Below are positions 39,816 to 47,922 of a stretch of 64,000 nt of DNA, piece by piece. How positions within the stretch are numbered: the stretch's first letter is position 1; every line of letters starts with the position of its first letter. A model generated the notes under the pieces. The model did not search any database. It worked only from the letters and a program-made list of their open reading frames with translations, and was not told the origin of the DNA. The stretch comes from Clostridia bacterium (GTDB taxonomy: Bacteria; Bacillota; Clostridia; Christensenellales; Aristaeellaceae), in NCBI GenBank assembly GCA_017471885.1, contig JAFURI010000010.1, positions 10,419 through 74,418 on the forward strand. Reading direction: 5' to 3'. The position numbers and the translations under genes are program-made.

Positions 39816-41873
39816 ATGGAGAAAACCTGCTTTGAAAACCGTGAGCTGTCGTGGCTCCGGTTCAATGAACGGGTGCTGGAGGAGGCGGAGGACGAGCGTG
39901 TTCCGCTTTGCGAGCGTCTGTCGTTTCTTTCCATCTTCCAGAGCAATCTGGACGAGTTTTTCATGGTGCGCATCGGCAGCCTTCATGATCAGATGCTTCT
40001 GGACAAGGAAGCACGTGAGAATAAGACGCTGATGACCCCCGGAGAGCAGATTGACGCTGCGATGGAGCGAATTCGCCAGCTGTGTCACCGGCGGGATAGG
40101 GCATATGCTGCGCTGCTGGAGCGTCTGGGAGAACAGGGAATCTCCATCGTCAATTTCCGTTCCATCAGCCAGGAGAGCGAACACTATCTGGCAGAAATGT
40201 TCCGCAGGGAATTCCTGCCTTTGCTGTCCACTTATATAGTGGGCAAGAAGCAAACCTTTCCTTTCCTGAAGAATAAGGAGATTTACGCAGTTGCTGTCCT
40301 CAATACCAAGACTGAGAAGCGGAAAATCGGTATCGTGCCGTGCGGAGACGGCGTTTTTCCGCGGCTGATTGCGGTACCGGATCGTGCGGGTTGCTTCCTG
40401 CTGGCAGAGGAGCTGATTCTCCACTATCTGCCTCTGCTTTTCCCAGAATATCGTGTGGTAAGCAAGACGCTTGCGCGCATCACCCGCAATGCGGACATTG
40501 ATGCGGACAGCATATACGACGAGGATCTGAACTACCGTGATCACATGGTTGAGGTAATCCGGCTTCGTCAGAAGCTTTGCCCGGTACGGCTGGAGTTGTC
40601 GAGGCAGATTGATGCGGATATCATTTCCCGGCTTTGCACACAGCTGAAGCTGGGTATTGACCGTGTGTTTGAGTATGATACGCCGCTGGACGTTTCCTTC
40701 CTGTTTGGTATTCAGGATCATTTGCGCAGCCATGCGGAGCTGTTTTATGCTCCGCGCCATCCGCAGGCGTCGCCTGACTTGGACGTGCACAGACCGATAC
40801 TGGATCAGGTCACGGAGAAGGATGTACTGCTGCATTATCCCTATCAGAGCATACAGCCTTTCCTGCGAATGCTTTCTGAAGCGGCGCATGATCCTTCTGT
40901 GACGTCCATCAAAATGACGCTGTATCGTCTTGCGCGTAACTCCAAGGTGGTTGAAGCGCTTGTGGAAGCGGCTGAAAACGGCAAACAGGTGGACGTGCTT
41001 GTGGAGCTGAAGGCTCGCTTTGATGAAGAGAACAATATTGAGTGGAGCCGCAGGCTGGAGCGCGCCGGATGCCACGTCATCTATGGCGTGGATAAGCTGA
41101 AGGTGCACAGCAAGCTGTGTCTGATCACACGCCGCACGGAAGCCGGGATCCAGTATATCACCCAGATCGGCACTGGCAACTACAATGAGAAGACCAGCCG
41201 CCTGTACACGGATCTGAGCTACATCACCGCACGGCGTGAGATAGGCGAGGAAGCAGCGACAGTCTTCCATGCGCTGACGCTGGGGGAAACGGTGGATCAT
41301 ATGAGCCATCTGCTCGTGGCTCCTCACTGCCTGCAGGACAAGCTGATCGACATGATCAACGGCGAGATTCTCCGTGCGCGCAGTGGTCAAGGGGGACATA
41401 TCCGCGTGAAGCTTAACAGCCTCACGGACAAGACCCTTATGGATAAGCTGATCGAGGCCAGTCAGGCCGGCGTGAAGATTGATATGATCGTGCGCGGAAT
41501 CTGCTGTCTGCGCGGCGGCGTGGAGGGCTATACGGATAATATCCATGTGATCAGCGTAGTTGGCCGCTTCCTGGAGCACAGCCGGATCTATATGTTCGGC
41601 GATGGCGACGATACCCGCTGCTATATCGCTTCTGCCGACTGGATGACCCGCAACACGCTGCGCCGTGTGGAGGTGGCTACGCCCATTCTGGATGAAGGTG
41701 TAAAGATCAGAATTGCCGAGATTTTCAACGTCATCTGGAATGATAACGTTCAGGCCCGGGATCAACAGCCGGACGGCAGCTATATTCGTCGTTTCCCCGG
41801 TTCCAGCAAGCCCTTGTCCAGTCAGATCTGGCTCTACGACGACGCCTATCGCCGCGCCGTCAGTCAGATGTAA
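39816..41873 (+). CDS. ppk1: polyphosphate kinase 1
   Basis: AAAGGAG RBS. FENRELSWLRFNERVLEEA...LSIFQSNLDEFFMVRI N-terminus and two PLD-like HKD-type domains (VHSKLCLI). Confidence 0.93.
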   Translation: MEKTCFENRELSWLRFNERVLEEAEDERVPLCERLSFLSIFQSNLDEFFMVRIGSLHDQMLLDKEARENKTLMTPGEQIDAAMERIRQLCHRRDRAYAALLERLGEQGISIVNFRSISQESEHYLAEMFRREFLPLLSTYIVGKKQTFPFLKNKEIYAVAVLNTKTEKRKIGIVPCGDGVFPRLIAVPDRAGCFLLAEELILHYLPLLFPEYRVVSKTLARITRNADIDADSIYDEDLNYRDHMVEVIRLRQKLCPVRLELSRQIDADIISRLCTQLKLGIDRVFEYDTPLDVSFLFGIQDHLRSHAELFYAPRHPQASPDLDVHRPILDQVTEKDVLLHYPYQSIQPFLRMLSEAAHDPSVTSIKMTLYRLARNSKVVEALVEAAENGKQVDVLVELKARFDEENNIEWSRRLERAGCHVIYGVDKLKVHSKLCLITRRTEAGIQYITQIGTGNYNEKTSRLYTDLSYITARREIGEEAATVFHALTLGETVDHMSHLLVAPHCLQDKLIDMINGEILRARSGQGGHIRVKLNSLTDKTLMDKLIEASQAGVKIDMIVRGICCLRGGVEGYTDNIHVISVVGRFLEHSRIYMFGDGDDTRCYIASADWMTRNTLRRVEVATPILDEGVKIRIAEIFNVIWNDNVQARDQQPDGSYIRRFPGSSKPLSSQIWLYDDAYRRAVSQM

Positions 41874-41884
41874 AGGAAAACAAA

Positions 41885-41921
41885 AGAACACCCGATTCTC
41901 TGTATGAGGATCGGGTGTTCT
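41885..41921. terminator. bidirectional terminator hairpin between convergent ppk1 and the CoA-transferase gene
   Basis: 12-bp stem AGAACACCCGAT / ATCGGGTGTTCT (41885-41896 / 41910-41921). Confidence 0.7.
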
Positions 41922-41936
41922 GCTTTGTAGAAAAGT

Positions 41937-43175
41937 TTAGCCGATGCGCTTCACGTCGCAGGCTTCGCCGGCCTCGAACATGGCGGTAACTTCATCGGGA
42001 GTGTAGCCCAGGTCTTCCAGCACAGAGCGGGTATGCTCGCCCAGGAAGGGACCGCGCTCGTAGGGAGGCAGATCGGTCTCGGCAAACATAACGGGGGTGC
42101 GGACCATCACACGCTCGTTGCCGCTGGGGAACTTCACGTTAGCCAGGATATCGCTGCCCCAGGCCTGAGGATCGTTGCGCACGTCGTCCCAGTTCTGGCA
42201 GATAGCGAAGGGCAGGTCAGCCTTGGTCATCGCATCAGCCCAGTAGGCGCAGTCATGCTTGGCGACCTCGGACTCCATCACAGCGTAGAACTCTTCCAGA
42301 TGGCTCTGCAGGTTCTTCTGGGGATAGTAGTGGGGATGATCCACCAGATCGGGGCGCTGGAGCACCTCGGAGACAAACTTGGGATACAGCTTGTCATACT
42401 GAGGCATAGCGAACTGGAACCAGCGGCCGTCAGCGGTCTTGTGGGCTACCTGCAGCTGATTGGCCTGCTTCTTGCGGCTGATGGGATACTGCAGGTTCTC
42501 AACGCCGTACTGGCTGGCAGCCAGATACAGAGCAACGTCCCACACGCCGGAGTGGAACAGGCTGACAACAACCTGATCGCCCTTGCCGGTGGTCTTGGCG
42601 CGCAGCAGCGCAGCCAGAATGCCGGAAGCCAGGTTCATACCAACCTGATGATCACCGAAGCCTGCGATGGGGGTCATGGGCATGCTGTCCACGTCAAACA
42701 TGGTGCCCATCACGCCGGCGCGGGCGAAATAAGCGGTGAAGTCGAAGCCGGGCAGATCCTTATCGGGGCCCTTCTCGCCGTAGCCGCTGATGTAACCCAT
42801 AACCAGCGCAGGATACTTTTCCTTCAGGGTTTCGTAGTCCAGACCGGCGCGCTTCAGAGCAGGCTGGCGGTTGTTGGTCACGAAGACGTCAGCCTGAGCA
42901 ATCAGCTTCTCCAGAGCTTCGCGGCCCTTGGGAGTCTTGGTGTTCAGCACGATAGCCTTCTTGCCGGCATTCTCAAGCGTGATGGAGGTGTCTTCCATAT
43001 CGCCGAAGGGACGGCCTTCGTTGACGGCGGTGTAGCGCAGGGGATCGCCCATGGGAGCTTCGACCTTGATGACTTCAGCGCCCAGATCGGCCAGATAGCG
43101 GGTGCAGCAGGGGCCGGCGATGAAGGTAGCCAGCTCTACAACCTTGATGCCCTCGAGAGGACGGTTCTGTGCCAT
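41937..43175 (-). CDS. family III CoA-transferase (HadA/FldA-like 2-hydroxyacid:enoyl/acyl-CoA transferase)
   Basis: AAGGAG RBS before ATG 43175. LEGIKVVELATFIAGPCCTRYLADLGAEVIKVE...GFDFTAYFARAGV...GFGDH... is colinear with C. difficile HadA and C. sporogenes FldA as I recall them. Confidence 0.85.
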   Translation of the reverse strand: MAQNRPLEGIKVVELATFIAGPCCTRYLADLGAEVIKVEAPMGDPLRYTAVNEGRPFGDMEDTSITLENAGKKAIVLNTKTPKGREALEKLIAQADVFVTNNRQPALKRAGLDYETLKEKYPALVMGYISGYGEKGPDKDLPGFDFTAYFARAGVMGTMFDVDSMPMTPIAGFGDHQVGMNLASGILAALLRAKTTGKGDQVVVSLFHSGVWDVALYLAASQYGVENLQYPISRKKQANQLQVAHKTADGRWFQFAMPQYDKLYPKFVSEVLQRPDLVDHPHYYPQKNLQSHLEEFYAVMESEVAKHDCAYWADAMTKADLPFAICQNWDDVRNDPQAWGSDILANVKFPSGNERVMVRTPVMFAETDLPPYERGPFLGEHTRSVLEDLGYTPDEVTAMFEAGEACDVKRIG

Positions 43176-43262
43176 ATCAATGCACTCCTTTACAGTATGG
43201 AAATGGGCGTGTGGCACGCCCGGGGACACACCACACGCCTTTAGGGGAGTACCTGTATGCAA

Positions 43263-44429
43263 TTACTCGTCGATGCCGGGGGCTTCGATCTTGTTGGCCT
43301 GCAGGTACTTCTTGCTGATCTTGCGGCCGCCGATGAAGATGGCGGGGATGATCAGGATGGGCAGGTTCAGGTAGCCCAGGATGGTGTAGCCGGTGGAGAC
43401 AAGCTTCACGATGCCGAACTTGGAGCAGAAGGCGCAGACCAGCAGCAGGACGGCAACCAGAATGATATCCTGCACAGGGGTAGCCTCGTTGCCCTTGCGA
43501 TAGTACTTGGAGAAACGAGCCAGACCGCCGAAGCAGAAGCCCACAGCAGTGGACAGCACAGCCACGAACACGGTGATGACGTACACGATACGAGCCCAGC
43601 CATAGCCCAGCTCCTGCAGGATGCCGTAGAAGGGCAGGGACTGACCCAGGATGTTCTGGCCGTTGGCGAAGGTCACGTTGGTGAAGCCGAACAGCATGAT
43701 GGACATGACGATCAGCATCAGAGCGTTGCCGGTGATGCCGAAGATGGCGGCCTTCTTGGAGGTGGAGCGGTTGGGCAGCTGGTTAGCCACAGAGGAGATG
43801 TTGGCAACCACGGTGGCCTGGAAGGAGGCGTAGATCACAGCGCTCCAGATAGCGCCCAGCCAGCCGGCCTTGGGCAGGTTGGTAGCCTGGTTGGCCAGAG
43901 CGCCGGCGAAATCCATCTTGCCGGAGAACAGCACCAGGATGAAGATCATGGCCAGCACAGCCAGCACCACGTACATCATGTACTTGGAAGCGGCGGCAAC
44001 CAGCTTGGAGCCGAAGGCGCACAGCAGAGCGCAGCAGACGATCACAGCACCCACGCCAACCCAGTAGTTGATGGCAAGCTCATTGACCATCAGGGTAGCG
44101 ATGGCGTTCAGGGAGCCGCCCAGAGCGGTCATGCAGGTGACGATGAAGGAGATGTCAAACAGGATGGACACCCACTTCATGCCGAACAGCTTCTGAATCC
44201 AGGAAGAGTAGTCGTAAGCTTTGTAGATACGGGAGAACTCCATGGAGCAGTACAGGGCGTAGCCCAGGATGCACATGGCCAGCACGGTCACGCAGATGCC
44301 GGGGATACCGAAACCAACGTAGTACTGGTTGATCTGGGTGCCGGAGGCGACACCGGGACCAAAGTGGGTACCCATCCACACGCAGGCAAGGCCCAGCGCA
44401 ATGGAGGTAGTCTTGGGAGACTTGTTCAT
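43263..44429 (-). CDS. YkvI-like (APC-superfamily) membrane transporter
   Basis: AAGGTGG RBS before ATG 44429. About 11-12 TM helices. GTHFGPGVASGTQINQYY matches the YkvI motif G-x-GFASGQE-x-QFF. Confidence 0.6.
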   Translation of the reverse strand: MNKSPKTTSIALGLACVWMGTHFGPGVASGTQINQYYVGFGIPGICVTVLAMCILGYALYCSMEFSRIYKAYDYSSWIQKLFGMKWVSILFDISFIVTCMTALGGSLNAIATLMVNELAINYWVGVGAVIVCCALLCAFGSKLVAAASKYMMYVVLAVLAMIFILVLFSGKMDFAGALANQATNLPKAGWLGAIWSAVIYASFQATVVANISSVANQLPNRSTSKKAAIFGITGNALMLIVMSIMLFGFTNVTFANGQNILGQSLPFYGILQELGYGWARIVYVITVFVAVLSTAVGFCFGGLARFSKYYRKGNEATPVQDIILVAVLLLVCAFCSKFGIVKLVSTGYTILGYLNLPILIIPAIFIGGRKISKKYLQANKIEAPGIDE

Positions 44430-44474
44430 GATTGCAACCACCTTTGTAAATTATTATTTATTCCAGAACGCTTA

Positions 44475-45593
44475 TCAGGCGTTCAGAGAATCACGGAGGG
44501 TTTCCAGAATGGTGCGGGCCTGACCCAGGTCAGCCATCTGACGATCCACTTCGATCAGTACGAAGGGCAGATCAGCAGCTTCGCAGGCACGGCGGACAGG
44601 CACAGCGTCGAACTCCTCGGGATCGCAGAACTTGGTCAGCACCAGTACCACGGCCTTGGCGCCGCGCTCCTGAGCCGTCTTCACGATCAGATCGGCGCGC
44701 TTCTTTTCCACGTCAAACAGCACAGAGCAGTTGTCCATGGCGGCGAACTTCTCAGCCAGAGCGTCCAGCGCTTCGGGCTTCTCGGGAGCGTCCGTGCGAT
44801 ACTGACGGCTCTCGGCGGCCACGTCGTCAGCCACAATCTGGAAGCCCAGTGCGTCGAAGCTCTCCAGCAGGGAGGGCGCGTCGCACAGGATGCCGGAGGT
44901 GACGATCTTCACCTTGCCGGAGGCAGGGGTCTCATTCAGGGCAGACAGCAGCTTCTCGGCCAGCACGGTGTGCTCTTCCTTGGTCATGAAGAAGGCGCTC
45001 TTGTACACGTCGCTGCGCTGTGCATTGGTCACCTCGGGATGAGAGGCCAGCGCTTCGTCCAGCTTGCGCATCACGGCATTATGCTTGTTGTAGACCTTGA
45101 TGGACTCGGCCAGCGCTTCCTCGGAGAAGACCGCACCGGTAGCCTTTTCCAGATCAGCAGCCACGCGGCGATAGCCGGCCTTGACGAAGGTCTTGCCGAC
45201 CTCGTTGTTGCGGTTCTGGGGATAGGTCATGGGGATGAAGGGGATGCCGGGCACGGCATACTTCCAGTTCTGGCCCAGGCACTTCAGGGAGTCGCACAGG
45301 GAGGGGATCACGATAGCGGAGGCGCCGTCGTAGGTACCCTTCATGCCCAGCTCCAGAATGGACTGCATGATGGAGCAGATGAAAGCGGGGAAGTATTCCT
45401 TTGCGCGGTCCAGCACCAGATCGCCGCCCCATGCGCCCATGGGAACCAGACCCATGGAGTGAATGATCTCTTCAGGAGTGTAAACGGGGGCGGTCAGCAC
45501 GACCTTCTTGCCTTCAGCCAGATACTTCTTCATCTGGGCGGAGGGATTGGCAGCCACGTCGTGGAAACGGGCCAGCAGCTCGTTCATGCTCAT
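44475..45593 (-). CDS. 2-hydroxyacyl-CoA dehydratase, beta subunit (HadC/FldC/HgdB-like)
   Basis: Typical HgdB-family N-terminus (...VVLTAPVYTPEEIIHSMGLVPMGAWGG...) and size (372 aa). Its start overlaps the alpha-subunit stop. Confidence 0.85.
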   Translation of the reverse strand: MSMNELLARFHDVAANPSAQMKKYLAEGKKVVLTAPVYTPEEIIHSMGLVPMGAWGGDLVLDRAKEYFPAFICSIMQSILELGMKGTYDGASAIVIPSLCDSLKCLGQNWKYAVPGIPFIPMTYPQNRNNEVGKTFVKAGYRRVAADLEKATGAVFSEEALAESIKVYNKHNAVMRKLDEALASHPEVTNAQRSDVYKSAFFMTKEEHTVLAEKLLSALNETPASGKVKIVTSGILCDAPSLLESFDALGFQIVADDVAAESRQYRTDAPEKPEALDALAEKFAAMDNCSVLFDVEKKRADLIVKTAQERGAKAVVLVLTKFCDPEEFDAVPVRRACEAADLPFVLIEVDRQMADLGQARTILETLRDSLNA

Positions 45594-46834
45594 GCTTTCG
45601 CCTCCTTTCGGGTTTCCATAATCTCGGTCAGGCCCTGGACGCGGGTATCATACTGAGCCTCGGAGAAGTTGCGGGGATCAGCCTGATCGCCGTCGAAGGA
45701 GGTGACGGGAATATCGCAGGCTTCGCCGATCTGGCGGCTCATCTCGTTCATGAAGCCGCTCCACAGCTTGCAGGAACGGTTGACGTGCACCAGCAGGCCT
45801 TCCACGTTGTTGTCCTTGCACAGCTTGATGCGCTTGTCGCGGGAGGTCTCCAGATTGATGGAGTTGGGTACGCGGCAATAGGCGCGGATCATGCTGTCAA
45901 AGTCGTCGTAGATGAAGCCAAAGGCGTCGGCGTAGATGGTGGTGACCATGTTGATGCCGCGGTCGCGCAGACCGGTAGCGGTCACGCGCAGCCAGGGCCA
46001 GCAGGCGATGCCTTCGAACATGATGCGATGCTTTTCCTCGCCGCGGAAGGTGCTCTTGCCGTTGGCGTGGTTTTCCTTGTACTCGCGGGCCAGCGTTTCC
46101 ATGGCTTCAGCAGCTTCAACCTTACCGCGGGCGGTCACCATGACAGCCATGTGGTTCAGCAGATCAAAGCCGTTGAAGGGGCTGGGCGTATACTTGGCCT
46201 GTGCGGTAGCGTCCAGCCAGGCGCGGCTGGTACGGCAGGAGTTCTCCATGACCTCCTTGAAGCGCTCGTCAGACCACTTCTTGCCGGTGATCTCTTCCAG
46301 CTGCTTGATAGCGGCCAGGAACTGTCCCTTCACATAGGCAACCTGCTCGTCGGAGACTTCGTTGTCAGGGTTGAAGGGAATATCCAACATGATGAAGGGA
46401 ATGTTGAGATCCTTGGCCAGGTTCTCGTACCACTTGATCATGCAGTTGCAGATGTTGTTGCAGCACAGCACGAAGTCGGGCTGGGGCATATTCTGCTCAG
46501 GTGCGTCCTTGATCTTGGCATAGGCCAGACTGATGCGGGCATATGCGCAGATGTCATTGGAGTAGCCGTCAGCCTCGGCAACCTCACACAGGCGTGCGCC
46601 GCCGCCGCGGGCTGCGATGCCTGCCGCCTGGTTTTCAGGATAGCAGACGTGGATACCCAGCGTTTCAGGAATCTCTACAGGGAAATTGCTGGAAATCCAG
46701 CCCACTTTTTCACCGCGGGCCTTGGCTTCCATGGCGTCGGAGTACGCCTTCGCCGCAATCTGGCCGAGCTTGAACTTGGCAGAGTTGGGATCGAGCGGGG
46801 GACGAGTCTTCTTGACAACGACTTCTTCCGCCAA
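45590..46834 (-). CDS. 2-hydroxyacyl-CoA dehydratase, alpha subunit (HadB/FldB/HgdA-like)
   Basis: ...VGWISSNFPVEIPETLGIHVCYPENQAA...GYSNDICAYARISL... are HgdA-family signatures. 414 aa. Confidence 0.85.
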   Translation of the reverse strand: MAEEVVVKKTRPPLDPNSAKFKLGQIAAKAYSDAMEAKARGEKVGWISSNFPVEIPETLGIHVCYPENQAAGIAARGGGARLCEVAEADGYSNDICAYARISLAYAKIKDAPEQNMPQPDFVLCCNNICNCMIKWYENLAKDLNIPFIMLDIPFNPDNEVSDEQVAYVKGQFLAAIKQLEEITGKKWSDERFKEVMENSCRTSRAWLDATAQAKYTPSPFNGFDLLNHMAVMVTARGKVEAAEAMETLAREYKENHANGKSTFRGEEKHRIMFEGIACWPWLRVTATGLRDRGINMVTTIYADAFGFIYDDFDSMIRAYCRVPNSINLETSRDKRIKLCKDNNVEGLLVHVNRSCKLWSGFMNEMSRQIGEACDIPVTSFDGDQADPRNFSEAQYDTRVQGLTEIMETRKEAKA

Positions 46835-46881
46835 AATGATGACCTCCCTTTCAAATGATTGATACAGCGCAGAAGCGGGGA

Positions 46882-47667
46882 TTATTCGCTTTTCGCGCCG
46901 GATTTACGGTAAGCATAGACGGCGGCGCCCAGCGCGCCGAAGTGCTGGCTCAGCTCGGAATAAAGGAGCTTAACGCCCAGCGCCTTTTCAAGGGCTGCAC
47001 GTACGCCTGCATTGCGGGCTACGCCTCCGCTGATGCAGACGGGCTCCACAATGCCTACGCGCTTGGCGAGGGTGGCAGTACGGGTGGCGACAGAATCGCA
47101 GATACCCGCCATAACGGCGGTGCGGTCTGCACCGCTGGCCAGCTGGCTGATGACCTCGCTCTCCGCAAACACCGTGCAGGTGCTGGAGATGGAGGCGTGC
47201 TCCTGCGCCGTCAGGGCCAGCGTGCCAAGCTCGTTGACGCTGACCTGCAGGATTGTGGCCATCACGTCAAGGAAACGCCCGGTGCCGGCTGCGCACTTGT
47301 CGTTCATGAGGAAATTCTTCATCATGCCGCTTTTGTCAAGGGCGATGGCCTTTGCGTCTTGACCGCCGATGTCAATCAGCGTGCGCAGCTCGGGGAAGAT
47401 AAATCGTCCGCCCATGGCGTGGCAGGTCAGCTCGCTGACCTGAAAGTCTGCATCCTTCCAGGAAGAACGGCCGTAGCCGGTTACGGCAGAAACGGAAGCC
47501 TCGTCAGGAGAAATGCCTGCGGCTTCAAACACCTGCTGAACGGCTTTGCGGGGCCCGTCAGTACCGATGCCGCCGACCACAAGAGAGGAACCGATAATCT
47601 CCTGACCATCCCGGAGCAGAATGCATTTGGAGGTGGTGGAGCCGATATCAATACCAAAGGATACCAT
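46882..47667 (-). CDS. 2-hydroxyacyl-CoA dehydratase activator ATPase (HadI/FldI/HgdC; BcrAD_BadFG family)
   Basis: AAAGGTGA RBS before ATG 47667. FGIDIGSTTSKCILL ASKHA phosphate-1 motif. NDKCAAGTGRFLD with the cluster-bridging Cys. Confidence 0.88.
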   Translation of the reverse strand: MVSFGIDIGSTTSKCILLRDGQEIIGSSLVVGGIGTDGPRKAVQQVFEAAGISPDEASVSAVTGYGRSSWKDADFQVSELTCHAMGGRFIFPELRTLIDIGGQDAKAIALDKSGMMKNFLMNDKCAAGTGRFLDVMATILQVSVNELGTLALTAQEHASISSTCTVFAESEVISQLASGADRTAVMAGICDSVATRTATLAKRVGIVEPVCISGGVARNAGVRAALEKALGVKLLYSELSQHFGALGAAVYAYRKSGAKSE

Positions 47668-47726
47668 CAAATCACCTTTCTGTCGGCTGCACTGCAGCAC
47701 AAAAAAGACAACAAAAAAACAGAAGT

Positions 47727-47755
47727 ATTATACTTGCAGGGCGATTTGTTGTCAA
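47727..47755 (-). promoter_or_regulatory. consensus sigma-A promoter of the dehydratase operon
   Basis: On the minus strand: TTGACA (47755-47750), exactly 17 nt, TATAAT (47732-47727). About 55 nt upstream of the activator start codon. Confidence 0.65.
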
Positions 47756-47779
47756 TCGCTGGATAAGACTGATTGACAA
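47749..47779. repeat. perfect 9-bp inverted repeat (candidate operator) overlapping the -35 box
   Basis: TTGTCAATC (47749-47757), N13, GATTGACAA (47771-47779). Confidence 0.5.
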
Positions 47780-47879
47780 AACAATGACACAGTCCGGCAG
47801 AATTTCTGCCCAGTCAGGAAGGAGAACGGTATGAAAGGGAAAAATTATTTCTTTTGTAACAAAAAAGACTGCAAATCGA

Positions 47880-47914
47880 CAAAAATGCCTCCCTGACAGA
47901 CCAGTACAGGGAGG
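47880..47914 (-). terminator. rho-independent terminator after the upstream membrane-protein gene
   Basis: CCTCCCTG / CAGGGAGG stem (47888-47895 / 47907-47914). A U-run follows on the minus strand (AAAAA 47881-47885). Confidence 0.6.
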
Positions 47915-47922
47915 TTGTGTAA

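Noticed and set aside
39759-41891. 710-aa minus-strand ORF coextensive with ppk1
   Set aside because: It mirrors the ppk1 frame almost end to end. ppk1 is unmistakable, so this is a GC-bias shadow ORF. The same reasoning applies to 33080-35428(-), 35594-37558(-), 26003-27667(-), 28255-29517(-), 8602-10479(+), 30330-31940(-), 31906-32991(-), 38530-39699(-), 45785-46858(+), 58411-59391(-) and 62748-63650(-).
43257-45656. 799-aa plus-strand ORF over the YkvI-like transporter and the dehydratase beta subunit
   Set aside because: Antisense shadow ORF with repetitive G/D/H/Q/A composition. The minus-strand genes have RBSs and family signatures.
47831-47896. 21-codon ORF (MKGKNYFFCNKKDCKSTKMPP) with a strong GGAAGGAGA RBS in the spacer upstream of the dehydratase operon
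   Set aside because: I found no convincing plus-strand promoter. Its 3-prime end is formed by the terminator hairpin of the convergent membrane-protein gene, and the AT-rich Lys/Asn codons fit intergenic sequence. It is kept only as a very low-probability micro-ORF, testable by Ribo-seq.
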